Positions 26,246 through 36,772 of a DNA stretch of 64,000 nt are shown piece after piece (the first letter of the stretch is position 1; the number at the start of each line of letters is the position of its first letter). The stretch is taken from contig CAWJJR010000010.1 in NCBI GenBank assembly GCA_963843265.1, forward strand, positions 83,141-147,140, in the 5' to 3' direction. This DNA comes from an uncultured Acidobacteriota bacterium. GTDB lineage: Bacteria; Acidobacteriota; Terriglobia; Acidiferrales; UBA7541. The position numbers and the translations under genes are program-made. Below the pieces are notes generated by a model, which was given only the letters and a program-made list of their open reading frames with translations, was not told where the DNA came from and made no database searches.

Positions 26246-26809
26246 CTATTGTTTTTTCAGCCAGTCCTGCTTCAGGCGCGCGAGGGGAGCGAGCCGCGGA
26301 TCCGTCGAATGGGTCTCGCAGCGGCATTCCTCGTGATTCAGGTTAGCACCACAATTCGGGCACAAGCCCCGGCAGTCACTCTGACAGATGACCTTTAGAG
26401 GCAAAGCCAGGAGAACCTGTTCTCTGAGCACGTCCGCTAGAAAGAGGCCATCCCCTTCGTAGAAGCCGATTTCTGTATCGTCATCCTTGAGCCGGTCTTC
26501 TTTCGGCTTAGCGCCCTTGGGCAGAGGCGCGTAGAAAAGATCAAAAGAACGGTTCACATCTTCGATAACCGGTTCGAGGCAACGGGCACAGACCATTTCA
26601 ATCTTGGTTTCGAGTTGACCCTCGATGCGAATCTGGCCCTCGAGCAACTCGGCCGTTGCGGTCACTTCCAAAGGCGCGACTTGCTTGATTTCGGACGAAT
26701 GAAAATCGATGCTGGCCGGGGCGTAGCTCTTCCGGATGCGCAACTTCCGAACGGCAAGATCTTTTACATCGAGGAACACGTCTGGAACGCCTCCGGCGCT
26801 AACGCTCAT
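26246..26809 (-). CDS. yceD: YceD/DUF177 family protein
   Basis: 187 aa with C-terminal cysteine cluster CQSDCRGLCPNCGANLNHEECRCE. Conserved position upstream of rpmF. Confidence 0.88.
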   Translation of the reverse strand: MSVSAGGVPDVFLDVKDLAVRKLRIRKSYAPASIDFHSSEIKQVAPLEVTATAELLEGQIRIEGQLETKIEMVCARCLEPVIEDVNRSFDLFYAPLPKGAKPKEDRLKDDDTEIGFYEGDGLFLADVLREQVLLALPLKVICQSDCRGLCPNCGANLNHEECRCETHSTDPRLAPLARLKQDWLKKQ

Positions 26810-26917
26810 GCTTTATCATTATTCCGTCGCGGGGGCGGCAAGTCAAGGAACGGGCCTGCTTTGTGAGAAATTTGCGCCCAGGATGGCACGGGGTGGCTCT
26901 AGTACCTGGAGCATGCT

Positions 26918-27754
26918 TCAAACGGTGGCGGTGCGAGATTGTGGCTGGAGGCCGGTGGCTTGGGCTCGCGCGATGGTCCAGCCATCTGGTTTTTGGGTGA
27001 GGATCACGGTCATTCGAACACAGCCGGGATTTGGTTTGTCAGGAATTTCGTTTGCTTCCCAAGCGAGAGTGGCCATTACGGCTTTGCCTCCGACGAACTG
27101 GACATCTTCGATTTTCCCGAAAGATTTAGCCCACCCTTGCGCGGCGAAGATGTGTTTTGCGGCTTCATGGATGGCGGCGGGACCAATCCAAAGCCCGCCC
27201 TGCGGATCTACAAACTGGCCGTCGGGAGCGAACATCCGGGCAAAGTCAGAGGCTTGGCCTTTGCCCCATGCATCGGAGAGCTGCCGCACGGAGAGAACTT
27301 CTTCCGAAACTTGCTTCTCTGGTTCGATGGAAGGGCGCGCGAGATCTTCGCGGAGCCACGCGAGCGTTAAGCCGCGTTCGGTTAAGAGACGGGCGGCAAG
27401 GCAGCCTTCTTCACGCATGATGGCAAGGAGCAGATGGTCCGTGCCAACGTGTTTGGCGCCGAGACGCTGGGACTCTTCGGCTGCCATATTCAGGATGTTT
27501 TTGCACTCCGCGCTGAGAGGAACTTCCACGGAAGTCGAGATGCGCTCCCTGCGCGTGATTTGGGATTCGATTTCATCGCGGAGGGACTGCGCGCCGCCTT
27601 TATTGTTAAGAAGTTTGCGTGAGAGCGGACGATCTTCGCGAAATAAGCCGAGCAACAAGTGCTCCGTCTCAATGTAAGGACTTCCGTACTGGCTGGCTTC
27701 ATAGCGGGCGAAGAAAATTACGCGGCGAGCTTTCTCCGTGTAGCGTTCAAACAT
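26918..27754 (-). CDS. Clp N-terminal (Clp_R repeat) domain fused to an NTF2-like (SnoaL/DUF4440-like) domain
   Basis: MFERYTEKARRVIFFARYEASQYGSPYIETEHLLLGL plus a second repeat AEESQRLGAKHVGTDHLLLAI. No AAA+ module. The C-terminal 120 aa (FAPDGQFVDPQG...VRMTVILTQKPDGWTIARAQ) looks NTF2-like. Confidence 0.8.
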   Translation of the reverse strand: MFERYTEKARRVIFFARYEASQYGSPYIETEHLLLGLFREDRPLSRKLLNNKGGAQSLRDEIESQITRRERISTSVEVPLSAECKNILNMAAEESQRLGAKHVGTDHLLLAIMREEGCLAARLLTERGLTLAWLREDLARPSIEPEKQVSEEVLSVRQLSDAWGKGQASDFARMFAPDGQFVDPQGGLWIGPAAIHEAAKHIFAAQGWAKSFGKIEDVQFVGGKAVMATLAWEANEIPDKPNPGCVRMTVILTQKPDGWTIARAQATGLQPQSRTATV

Positions 27755-28022
27755 GCGTTTTTCTCAAATCTCCGGCAGCGCGCCGGCGCAGCTCAATTCT
27801 TGGCATTCAAGGCGGGAGGGAGCTGCAAGAGAGAGGATACCACCAGAAAAACTGCGGGGATATGACCGCGCAATGGGTTGTATTGCACGCAGAAAGACTC
27901 CATCAAAAGATGAATTCGGGTATTAATGAAGAGTTGCACGGGTGCTATAATTGGGTCGCTGCCGATAGACCAGCCCTCTTTCGACTCCTTTCACCGAGTC
28001 CTTGTCCTGCGGGGGACCGCCA

Positions 28023-30299
28023 ATGCGTACGACGACAAAAATGGCTCTGCCGCTGGCGCTCAGCGTGGCCGCGATTTCGCTGCTCTTCGCTGGATACCAG
28101 GTTCGGACAGAGAAGCGGAATCTCGAGCATGATCTCGTCCACCGAGCGGAGAATCTGGGCGAGAGCATGCAGGAAACCGTGGAACATCTGTTGGAGCAGG
28201 ACTCCGTCCGGGCGCTGCGGCGCTTCGTGGCGCGGTATGGGCAACGCGAACATTTGAAGGGACTAGCGGTCTATGACCAGAATGGGAAGGCGCTGGCCAT
28301 CACTGACGGCCTCCCACCGCTGCTAAACTCCTGCCCTCAAATTGTTTCCAAAACTGCGAGCACACTGGCTGGAAAAAGCGAATCCATTCGCGCAGGCGAT
28401 TTGCAGCTGTACGTCTATGAGCTTCCACTGGAGCGAGAGGGAAAAGCGGCGGGAACGATTGCGATTTATTACGACACCAGCTACATCGATTCGCGCGTGT
28501 CCTATACGTTGCGAGATTCGCTGTTGAACGCGCTGGTGCAGACGGTGCTGATTACGGGGCTCGCGCTGCTGCTGGTGCGATGGAATTTGACGGCGCCTCT
28601 GAATCGGACGGCGAAGTGGCTGCGCACGCTGCGAACCGGCTCGCAGGCGATTCCCCCGGCGCCTCCGCAGGGGGAGATCTTCGATCAGTTGCACAAGGAA
28701 GTGACGCATCTTGCGCAGGACCTGAACGCGGCGAGAGCAACCGCGGAACAAGAAGCGCGGCTGCGGGACACGCACTCCTCATTATGGACAGCCGAGCGGT
28801 TGCGAGTCAGCTTGCGCGTCAAACTGAGGGATAAACCACTGTACGTCGTGTCTAACCGCGAGCCTTGCATGCATATTCGCAATGAGAAGGATCATTCGAT
28901 TGGCTACCTCGTGCCGGCGAGCGGGCTGGTCACGGCGCTACAACCGGTGCTGATCGCGTGCGACGGAACGTGGATCGCGCACGGATCGGGGAGCGCCGAC
29001 CGAGAAATGGTGGATGAACACGATCACCTCCGCGTTCCGCCGGATCACCCAAGTTATACGCTGCGGCGCGTGTGGTTGAGCGACGAGGAGGAAAAGGGTT
29101 ATTACGAAGGATTTTCAAACGAAGGGCTCTGGCCACTCTGCCACATCGCACACACGCGGCCGACGTTCCGGCCAGAAGACTGGCTGCGCTACCAGCAAGT
29201 GAATCGGCGGTTCGCGGATGCGGTGCTGGAAGAAATGGAAGGTACGGATTCTCCGATTCTGTTGGCGCAGGATTATCACTTTGCGCTGTTGCCGCGAATG
29301 GTGAAGGAAGCGCGGCCGGACGCGCGCGTGGCCATCTTTTGGCACATCCCGTGGCCGAATCGCGAGGTGTTTGGGATTTGCCCATGGCAACGGGATTTGC
29401 TTGACGGCCTGCTGGGTGCCGATCTGATCGGCTTTCACGTGCAATCGCATTGCAATAATTTTCTGGAGACGGTGGACCGCGGTGTGGAAGCGCTGACGGA
29501 GTGGGACCGTTTTGCCGTCAACCGGCAGGGGCACGTGACGCGCGTGCGGCCGTATCCAATCAGCGTGGCTTTTTCCAATCCGGCGCCGGCCTTGCCAGAG
29601 GGGAGCAATGTTGGGAAGGAGCGCGCCGCATTGTTTGCGGAGCTTGGCGTCGAAGCCAGCTTGCTCGGCGTGGGCGTGGACCGCGTGGATTACACGAAAG
29701 GAATCATTGAGCGGTTCCGAGGGATCGAGCTTTTTCTCGAGCAGCATCCAGCTTACATGCGCCGCTTTACGTTCGTGCAGATCGGTGCGCCAAGCCGGAC
29801 CGACATCGACCGTTACCGGCAATTCCTGGACGAGGTCAGCGCGGAAGCCGATCGCATCAACGCTCGATTTCAAGCGGGGCGCTGGAAACCAATCGTTTTT
29901 CTGAAGAAACACCACTCGCATGAGGAGATTTCGCGTTATTACCGCGCGGCTTCCGTTTGCCTGGTGACTTCGCTCCACGACGGAATGAATCTCGTGGCCA
30001 AGGAGTTCGTGGCCTCACGCGATGACGAACGCGGCGTGCTCATTCTGAGCACCTTTGCTGGAGCGGCGCACGAACTCTCTGACGCGCTGCTGGTCAATCC
30101 CTACGATGTTGAGCAGGTTGCGGATGCGATTCATCGAGCGATCGAAATGCCAGAAGACCAACAGTCTCTGCGGATGCAGAGGATGCGCCAGATTGTGCGG
30201 GAGCATAACATCTACCGATGGGCGGCCAATTTACTTTCCGACCTAACGGAAATTCGGATTGACGCTCCGGAGCGGATCGAGATTTCGCAGACACCGTGA
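28023..30299 (+). CDS. otsA: trehalose-6-phosphate synthase (GT20) with N-terminal TM-sensor-TM-HAMP module
   Basis: GT20 motifs [34 protein letters not shown] and [13 protein letters not shown]. Preceded by TM1 ([18 protein letters not shown]), about 150 aa, TM2 ([19 protein letters not shown]) and a HAMP-like segment. Start 28023 or TTG 28002. Confidence 0.9.
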   Translation: MRTTTKMALPLALSVAAISLLFAGYQVRTEKRNLEHDLVHRAENLGESMQETVEHLLEQDSVRALRRFVARYGQREHLKGLAVYDQNGKALAITDGLPPLLNSCPQIVSKTASTLAGKSESIRAGDLQLYVYELPLEREGKAAGTIAIYYDTSYIDSRVSYTLRDSLLNALVQTVLITGLALLLVRWNLTAPLNRTAKWLRTLRTGSQAIPPAPPQGEIFDQLHKEVTHLAQDLNAARATAEQEARLRDTHSSLWTAERLRVSLRVKLRDKPLYVVSNREPCMHIRNEKDHSIGYLVPASGLVTALQPVLIACDGTWIAHGSGSADREMVDEHDHLRVPPDHPSYTLRRVWLSDEEEKGYYEGFSNEGLWPLCHIAHTRPTFRPEDWLRYQQVNRRFADAVLEEMEGTDSPILLAQDYHFALLPRMVKEARPDARVAIFWHIPWPNREVFGICPWQRDLLDGLLGADLIGFHVQSHCNNFLETVDRGVEALTEWDRFAVNRQGHVTRVRPYPISVAFSNPAPALPEGSNVGKERAALFAELGVEASLLGVGVDRVDYTKGIIERFRGIELFLEQHPAYMRRFTFVQIGAPSRTDIDRYRQFLDEVSAEADRINARFQAGRWKPIVFLKKHHSHEEISRYYRAASVCLVTSLHDGMNLVAKEFVASRDDERGVLILSTFAGAAHELSDALLVNPYDVEQVADAIHRAIEMPEDQQSLRMQRMRQIVREHNIYRWAANLLSDLTEIRIDAPERIEISQTP

Positions 30300-30372
30300 A
30301 AGAACTGCTGTCCCGGCGGACGGCGCGAATGCGTAAGGCGACAGCGGGAAGAGAAAAAGTGACAGAAGGTGT

Positions 30373-30981
30373 TCAGTAGGTCAGCGACCAGCCGACGACA
30401 GTCATGCTGAGAACGAGCAGGAGCATCCCGGTGCTGACAACACTGAGAATCCTGCCGTGGCCGAGAAGGTAGTCGCGCGACTCGGCGTCGATGCACAGTA
30501 GGACAGAAACGACGAGGACGACGCCCCAAGCGAGAATCGCGGGCACTCCGGGATATTTGCCAATCATAGCGAGAAATTGGCCTGGGGGCTGCCCTGCGGG
30601 GACCCACCAGGGAATCATGGGCGCGATTCCTGTGGCCAGCGAGAGCGTCAATAGTTTGCGCGTGAACCAGCCTTTGACTTTAGGCCGGGCCTCTTTCCAG
30701 ACGAAAAAATCCCAAGCCAATAAGGCAACTGCGAAGAGCACCCAGCCGTAGAGCGCCGCTTTTTGGTCGAACCACCACCAAGAGCGAAACAGGACATGCG
30801 CTTTATGCGACATGACAAATCGCGGGAGCAAAAAGATACCGACAAGGCCGTTTGCGGCGACAGCGACGAGTAAGGTGACCAGGCTCATGAGCTGGAACCA
30901 GTAACGCGTGGGAACGCGCCTACACCTGGTGCATACGGATTGCTTAGGCAGGAAGTTTAGTCCACAGCGGTCGCAGAACAC
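30373..30981 (-). CDS. membrane protein with N-terminal zinc ribbon
   Basis: 202 aa; MFCDRCGLNFLPKQSVCTRCRRV followed by about five hydrophobic helices. No family recognised. Confidence 0.6.
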   Translation of the reverse strand: MFCDRCGLNFLPKQSVCTRCRRVPTRYWFQLMSLVTLLVAVAANGLVGIFLLPRFVMSHKAHVLFRSWWWFDQKAALYGWVLFAVALLAWDFFVWKEARPKVKGWFTRKLLTLSLATGIAPMIPWWVPAGQPPGQFLAMIGKYPGVPAILAWGVVLVVSVLLCIDAESRDYLLGHGRILSVVSTGMLLLVLSMTVVGWSLTY

Positions 30982-31188
30982 GGCTGGTCTCCCAAGTCGC
31001 GGGAATCGAATCCTGTGATCGGTCTCAGAGTATCTGATTGGAATCGCAAAAAACTACTGGTCTGAGGGTCAGTTGAAAGGTCAGGCAGGATTGGTAGTAT
31101 GGAGGTATCCAGCCAGATCCATTTCCCGGGTGTAATGCCTAAAGAAGTGCCTTGACTTGAAAACGGAACGGTCAGGCGGGGGTGCGAT

Positions 31189-32775
31189 ATGACCGAGGCC
31201 TCGAAACAATGGGTTGGCCAGATCGTCGAAGGGGCTTTTCCTTTGCGGCAGTATCTTGGCGGGACAGACCACAGCGCGGTGTTTCTGACCGAATACGCCG
31301 AGGGTCGTGCGGAGCCAAGGAAAGCGGCGATCAAGCTTATTCCAGCGGATCCGGCAAATGCTGATTTGCAGGTTGCGAGATGGGAAGCTGCAGCGCAACT
31401 TTCTCATCCCCATTTGCTGCGATTATTCAGCGGAGGGCGCTGCCAGGTTGATGGAAATGAGCTGGTGTATTTAGTCATGGAGTACGCCGAAGAAAATCTT
31501 GCGCAGATTCTTCCACAGCGCGCGCTGACGCCAGAAGAGACGAGGGACATGCTTGGCCCGGTTCTGGATGCGCTGGAATACCTTCACGGGAAGGGGTTCG
31601 TGCACGGCGATTTGAAGCCGGCAAATATATTGGCCAGCGGGGATCAATTGAAGCTTTCGAGCGACACGATTTCCCGAGCCGGTGAATCGCAGGGGATCAC
31701 CAGGAGGCCGGGGGCGTACGACGCGCCCGAAGCGATTAGCGGAAAGTTGACGCCGGCCGCCGATATTTGGTCGTTGGGCACAACTCTGGTTGAAGTGATG
31801 ACGCAACGCTTTCCGGATCGGCCACCGGAGCCACATCGCGAACCGGCGGTTCCCGCGAGTCTTCCCGCTCCTTTCCAGAAAATCGCGCGTGAGTGTCTAC
31901 GTTTGGAACCCGATCGGCGGGCGAGCATTGCAGAAATCGGCGCACGATTGAACGCACGGGCAGCTACGGCTGCGGCTGCTTCCGCAGCGGGTTCTGCGAT
32001 TGCTTCTGTTTCAATGCCGAGTACGAGTGCGGACGTTGGAAAAGCACTTCCGCCAGCACCCAAGACAACGGCAGCGAGGTCACTTCCGCCTCAAGCTGCC
32101 GCGAGACTGCAGACCAACCCGCATCGTCCCGCCCCATACAGAGCGTCCGGTGCGAAGCCGCGCTTTCTTGTCCCCCTCGTTGTGGGCGCTCTGATTTTCG
32201 CGGCAATTATTACGGTGCCACGTCTTTTGACTCATAGGCCGGAAACTCGGTCCACGCCAGCAGTTACGCCACAGAAGGCTGTTGGCCAAGCGGTCGCGGC
32301 AAAGTCTCTGCCCTCGGCTGCGCAACCAAAAGTCCGCCACAGCGTGCCGGCTTCCTCGTCCGACGCACTAGAAACAACAAGCGAGAAAGAGAAGCCCGTT
32401 GGCGCAGTGTCGACGAGCCCACCTGCTGGCAATACAGAAGTTGTGAAACCCGGAAAGGCTGGAAATATTTCCGCCAAGGGTGATGTTCTGGATCAGGTTC
32501 TGCCTGACGTGTCGCAGAAGGCTCTAGCCACGATCCATGGAAGAGTGCGTGTGGGAGTGAAACTGCATGTTGACCCGGCAGGAGCGGTCTCGGACGCAGA
32601 GCTGGATTCGCCGGGGCCGAGCACCTTTTTCGCAGACTTAGCCCTGAAGGCGGCGAGGAAATGGGTGTTCACCCCGCCGGAAGTGAATGGAAAGAGCGTG
32701 GCGAGCGAATGGAACTTGCGATTTGTGTTCACGCATGGCGGGGCCAAAGTCACGCCGACGCAGACTGTTCCTTGA
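31189..32775 (+). CDS. Ser/Thr protein kinase - TM - TonB C-terminal-like domain fusion
   Basis: Kinase motifs AIKLI, HGDLKPANIL and DIWSLGTTLVEVMT. TM helix FLVPLVVGALIFAAIITV. C-terminus RVRVGVKLHVDPAGAVSDAELDSPGPS...AARKWVF resembles TonB_C. Confidence 0.88.
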   Translation: MTEASKQWVGQIVEGAFPLRQYLGGTDHSAVFLTEYAEGRAEPRKAAIKLIPADPANADLQVARWEAAAQLSHPHLLRLFSGGRCQVDGNELVYLVMEYAEENLAQILPQRALTPEETRDMLGPVLDALEYLHGKGFVHGDLKPANILASGDQLKLSSDTISRAGESQGITRRPGAYDAPEAISGKLTPAADIWSLGTTLVEVMTQRFPDRPPEPHREPAVPASLPAPFQKIARECLRLEPDRRASIAEIGARLNARAATAAAASAAGSAIASVSMPSTSADVGKALPPAPKTTAARSLPPQAAARLQTNPHRPAPYRASGAKPRFLVPLVVGALIFAAIITVPRLLTHRPETRSTPAVTPQKAVGQAVAAKSLPSAAQPKVRHSVPASSSDALETTSEKEKPVGAVSTSPPAGNTEVVKPGKAGNISAKGDVLDQVLPDVSQKALATIHGRVRVGVKLHVDPAGAVSDAELDSPGPSTFFADLALKAARKWVFTPPEVNGKSVASEWNLRFVFTHGGAKVTPTQTVP

Positions 32776-33046
32776 GATCCGTTGAAATGGGCCGAAGCTT
32801 GGGAGCCCTAAGCTTTAGGCGATGCGTTTGTCACGCCAGAAATAAAAACGTAAATACACCTGTCCTATTGGACGGAGCTTCGATTTTCCGCGCCAAACAG
32901 TAAATACTCGAACTATTTGAAAGCACGCGAGTTAGACAGGCGGAGCCGGTACGCTGAACTGCCGTACCATAGCTTCATCCGGCCTCAGCCATTAGCTTCG
33001 CATGTAGCCGAGGGCGTTCTCTGCGCGCCCGTGCGCGGCGGAGCTA

Positions 33047-34051
33047 TTGCGAATGAGCGAGCGGGTCCATCAGATTTCCTCAGTGCGCGACCCCCGAAAC
33101 GAAGGACGAACGGGGGGAGTGAGCCGCGGTGTCCGGTACGCGGCTTTGCTCTCGCTCCTTGGCAGCCTCTCGCTCGTGGCGGGTTTTGAAGCTGCGCGTA
33201 AGACGCTGCCCGACCAAAACTTGGATGGCAGCCTCACGGCGCGGAGTGCTTCTCGTGCGCTTTCGACGGTTCACATGCCAAAGCTCGAGAAAAATACCGA
33301 AGCGCAATTGAACCGGCTCCCGCCACAACAGCAAGCGGAGCGCTTGTTGAAACGGGCGATGCAAAACGACGCGGCTTCTCTGGACCTGCTGCAAGAAAAA
33401 GTGGATGGCTGGCGAGGCCGTTTGAAAAACACCGACCAGCTGTTTGACCTGGTGCTGGCGGCGCTGAATTCGCGCGACCTTCGCGTGCGGACGGTGGCAG
33501 TAGATGTCGATCTTGCGGCGAATAATCTGAGCAAATCGCCAGAAAGCGTCACCCGGCTAATCCAGCAGCTACGGCGCGACCCCGCGACACGGGGAATGGC
33601 GTTGTGGCGGCTCGGCTCACTGGGAAATCGCGGCGTTGAACCGGAGCTTGTGCTGAGCAGTTTGCTGAATTATGCGCATAATCCGAGCGAACACACGCGC
33701 TATTGGGCGGTGGAAGGTTTAGCGATGCTGGGCAACGACGCCACCATCGATCCTCTGCTCGACCTGCTGGCACACGACCCTTCGCCGAAAGTTCGCGAAC
33801 GCGCAGCGAGCAGCCTCGGACAATCCGGCTTGTTGACGCGTGAGGAACGTCTTGCGGCGGTTCCACATTTGCTGAATCTTGCGGATGACGATTCGTTAGC
33901 TACCACGACGCGCGAATTGGTATATGGAACGCTTCGGGTGATCACGGGCGCGGCGCTGGGCAACGATGCCAACGCCTGGCGCGAGTGGTGGGCGCATCAT
34001 GACCCGGTGCAAGCGCGCCCTCGCCAACGAGCCGGTCTGTTGCGCGCGTAA
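33047..34051 (+). CDS. HEAT-repeat protein
   Basis: 334 aa with an N-terminal anchor/signal (AALLSLLGSLSLVAG). Repeated HEAT-like units, e.g. DPSPKVRERAASSLG and SEHTRYWAVEGLAML. Confidence 0.75.
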   Translation: MRMSERVHQISSVRDPRNEGRTGGVSRGVRYAALLSLLGSLSLVAGFEAARKTLPDQNLDGSLTARSASRALSTVHMPKLEKNTEAQLNRLPPQQQAERLLKRAMQNDAASLDLLQEKVDGWRGRLKNTDQLFDLVLAALNSRDLRVRTVAVDVDLAANNLSKSPESVTRLIQQLRRDPATRGMALWRLGSLGNRGVEPELVLSSLLNYAHNPSEHTRYWAVEGLAMLGNDATIDPLLDLLAHDPSPKVRERAASSLGQSGLLTREERLAAVPHLLNLADDDSLATTTRELVYGTLRVITGAALGNDANAWREWWAHHDPVQARPRQRAGLLRA

Positions 34052-34192
34052 AGTCAGGAGGGCGGACTTACTTTTTTGTGCACATACCGCTCAGCGTTCC
34101 GGCAAATTTTATGACTCGTGCGGTTAGAGCTTGAGAAAATAAGTTTTCGTGGGCCTCGGCAGGAAAGCTCGACTACTTCTTGGGAGGATACG

Positions 34193-34621
34193 TTGACGTA
34201 CTCGTCTCGCAAGGCCATCAGTTCGATCGTTGCGATGCTGTTTGTCCTGTTTCTAGGAACGGCTGCCGTTTCTCCCTCTGGCGCGCAGGAAAGAAAAGTT
34301 CCGCAAACCGACGGAGTGGACAACACCAAGATGGGCGCCTACCGGGCGCTTGCTCAACACACCTATTTAGAGTTTCAGAAGGGCGACACCGCCGCGGCGG
34401 CCGAGCTTGCACGTGTCCTGGAACGTGTGTGGGATAAAGCAGAAGACTATGGCGGCGACATGGCGCTGAAGAAAACACACCCCGATCAGTTCGACGAAAT
34501 CGACAAAGCGATGGATGACTTTATCACCCCGTTGAAGGAATACAAATCCAAGGCGCCTGAGCCAGCCAAGGTCAAAGCAGCCTACAACGCATATCTTGAG
34601 AAGCTAACGCTGGCGGATTGA
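34193..34621 (+). CDS. small secreted helical protein, unknown function
   Basis: TTG 34193 is preceded by gggagg. Signal peptide AISSIVAMLFVLFLGTAAVSPSGAQ. The remainder is helix-rich. Start uncertain (track gives 34118). Confidence 0.55.
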   Translation: MTYSSRKAISSIVAMLFVLFLGTAAVSPSGAQERKVPQTDGVDNTKMGAYRALAQHTYLEFQKGDTAAAAELARVLERVWDKAEDYGGDMALKKTHPDQFDEIDKAMDDFITPLKEYKSKAPEPAKVKAAYNAYLEKLTLAD

Positions 34622-34726
34622 AGAGCGAAGGAATTCTCCTAATTGCGAACTCGAGACCTTGGTGTTTCGGTTTCGAGCTTCAGGGCGGGTTCCTCATATC
34701 GAGCCGTTCTGCGGACTTCGTAGAGC

Positions 34727-35338
34727 TCAAGGCGAAATGATGCGGTTCGGAAATAACCAGCTTAAGAGCAAGTGCGTGGGCCAATAAGTCAGCGCCACGA
34801 GAGGTCCGAAAATCATCGCAAGGTGGGCCGGCGCCGGTCCCCAGGTACGATGGAAGAGGGGATCGCTGTATGCGTAGTTCATGTTGAGATCAGCGGATAG
34901 AAAGCGAGACGCAATCAGGAGGACGGCCGCAATCGCGGCTTGCAAGGCCAAGGCGCGCCGGTCGTAGCCTACGCGGCGGAGAGTCCAAAGAAGAACTAGC
35001 GGGAGTCCGATATGAAAAGTGGAGAGGAGGCGGACCCACAGAGGATATCGCGCATCCCACATATAGTCCGTCCCGCCAATTAGAAAACGTCCTGTCACCA
35101 GACGCCACCCAACGTCCAGGATCCAAAAGAATCCCGCTGCGAACGAACTGACGGCCTGACTCGAAAGCAGCAAAGGATTCGCCAACCAAATCCCCACGAA
35201 TGTCAGAATCACAGCGACGTCACACAAGTGCAGAAGATTCGCCCAACCCCACACTCGGAAATAGGCAGGAAGCCAAACGGCCATCCAGAGCAAGCTGAAC
35301 CATCGGAGTACGGGAAAAATCGGCGGGCCCGGCGACAT
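34727..35338 (-). CDS. integral membrane protein, unknown function
   Basis: About 200 aa with 6 hydrophobic segments. ATG 35338 is preceded by aggtga. No family recognised. Confidence 0.6.
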   Translation of the reverse strand: MSPGPPIFPVLRWFSLLWMAVWLPAYFRVWGWANLLHLCDVAVILTFVGIWLANPLLLSSQAVSSFAAGFFWILDVGWRLVTGRFLIGGTDYMWDARYPLWVRLLSTFHIGLPLVLLWTLRRVGYDRRALALQAAIAAVLLIASRFLSADLNMNYAYSDPLFHRTWGPAPAHLAMIFGPLVALTYWPTHLLLSWLFPNRIISP

Positions 35339-35512
35339 TTTTTCACCTGCTTGCTGCTCAAGGACGGCTAAGGCTATCACAATCGCTTGCGGAGATTGCA
35401 CGCCGGAAGCGGCGTCATTGGCGCGGTCCGGGACAGCGCTATGACTGATTCAATGTATGGGTTCCAGCGTGAGAAAATTGGAATCGCGCGCGGACTCAAT
35501 GGGCCGAAATTT

Positions 35513-36631
35513 CTAGGTCCCGGCGGAAGAAGCTGCAGAGCCAAAATGCTCTTGGTGCTTTCGAAGCAGAAATTGGTCGGTCATTCCAGCGATGTAATCG
35601 CAAACGACGATGTGGCGCGGCTCTGCGTCGGCCGCTTCTTCATGAGAGGAAGGCATGGAACCGGGCGAATCGAGATAGTACCTAAACAGCTCCTCGAGGC
35701 AGCGGACGGAGCGGTCACGGTCTTCAGTAATGGCGGGATGATTGTAGATGTGCTTGAAGAGGAAGCGTTTCAGCTCAGCGTTGCGCTGCACAAAGGCATC
35801 GCTGAAGCCGGCTAGCCTGACCGGAGCGCGACGAATGTCGTACACCGTTACGGCGCCGGCGCAAAGCACGCGACGCTGCGTGGATTCGATGAGGTCGGTG
35901 GCGAGGCGATCCAACACGCTCTTGAGAGCGGCATTGAATTTTAGTTTCTCCCTCACGGCAGGATGGGAGGCGTCAATCTCTGCATAGGCTTGGGCGAAAA
36001 TCGGTACTTCGTTTCGCAGGTCATCGAGATCGAGGAGTTCGGCTTCGCGGGCGTCGTCGAGGTCTGCCGTGTTGTACGCGATTTCATCGACCCAGTCGAT
36101 GAGCTGGCTTTCCAGCGGCGGGCGAAGATCGAGAAGATACTCGGCCAGAGCGGGGAAATCCTCAGCGGTGTACTCGCGCGAATGTTTGATAATGCCTTCG
36201 CGGACTTCGAACGTAAGATTCAAGCCGGGAAAATCCAGATAGGGACTCTCGAACTGTTCGACAATGCGGAGGGCCTGGAGATTGTGATTGAAGTTCGCGC
36301 CATGGGCACGCATGAGCTGGTCGAGCTTGTGTTCGCCCGCGTGACCGAACGGCGGATGACCGATATCGTGAACGAGCGCGAGAGCTTCGGCGAGCTCCGT
36401 ATTGAGACCAAGGGCCGCAGCAACCGTGCGGGCGATTTGCGAAACCTCAAGAGTGTGTGTAAGCCGGTTGCGAAAATGGTCGGAGTAGCGAATGGTGAAG
36501 ACTTGCGTCTTTGCCTCGAGGCGGCGGAAAGCGCGCGAGTGGATGACGCGGTCGCGGTCGCGCGCGTACACGCTGCGATAGGGATGTGGGGATTGCGGAT
36601 AACGGCGTCCGCGTGAGAGTTCGACTCGCAT
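35513..36631 (-). CDS. dgt: dGTP triphosphohydrolase-like HD-domain protein
   Basis: 372 aa; RLTHTLEVSQIAR and HDIGHPPFGH HD motifs; DYIAGMTD near the C-terminus. Confidence 0.9.
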   Translation of the reverse strand: MRVELSRGRRYPQSPHPYRSVYARDRDRVIHSRAFRRLEAKTQVFTIRYSDHFRNRLTHTLEVSQIARTVAAALGLNTELAEALALVHDIGHPPFGHAGEHKLDQLMRAHGANFNHNLQALRIVEQFESPYLDFPGLNLTFEVREGIIKHSREYTAEDFPALAEYLLDLRPPLESQLIDWVDEIAYNTADLDDAREAELLDLDDLRNEVPIFAQAYAEIDASHPAVREKLKFNAALKSVLDRLATDLIESTQRRVLCAGAVTVYDIRRAPVRLAGFSDAFVQRNAELKRFLFKHIYNHPAITEDRDRSVRCLEELFRYYLDSPGSMPSSHEEAADAEPRHIVVCDYIAGMTDQFLLRKHQEHFGSAASSAGT

Positions 36632-36772
36632 TGCCCACGGCGCGCTTTTAGGGAGTGGATGGATGAACGGCCCCCGAAACGGGCTCTAACCTTCGCCTGC
36701 GTTCCTATAGGCTTCAGATTTTCTCAATGACAAGAATCTGGCCCACAAATTGAATCGTGGAAGCGCCAGCGT

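Noticed and set aside
27943-27951. Extended -10 (TGcTATAAT) upstream of otsA
   Set aside because: It is a plausible promoter element, but the -35 region is poor and I cannot distinguish it from a chance AT-rich hexamer. It is not reported as a feature.
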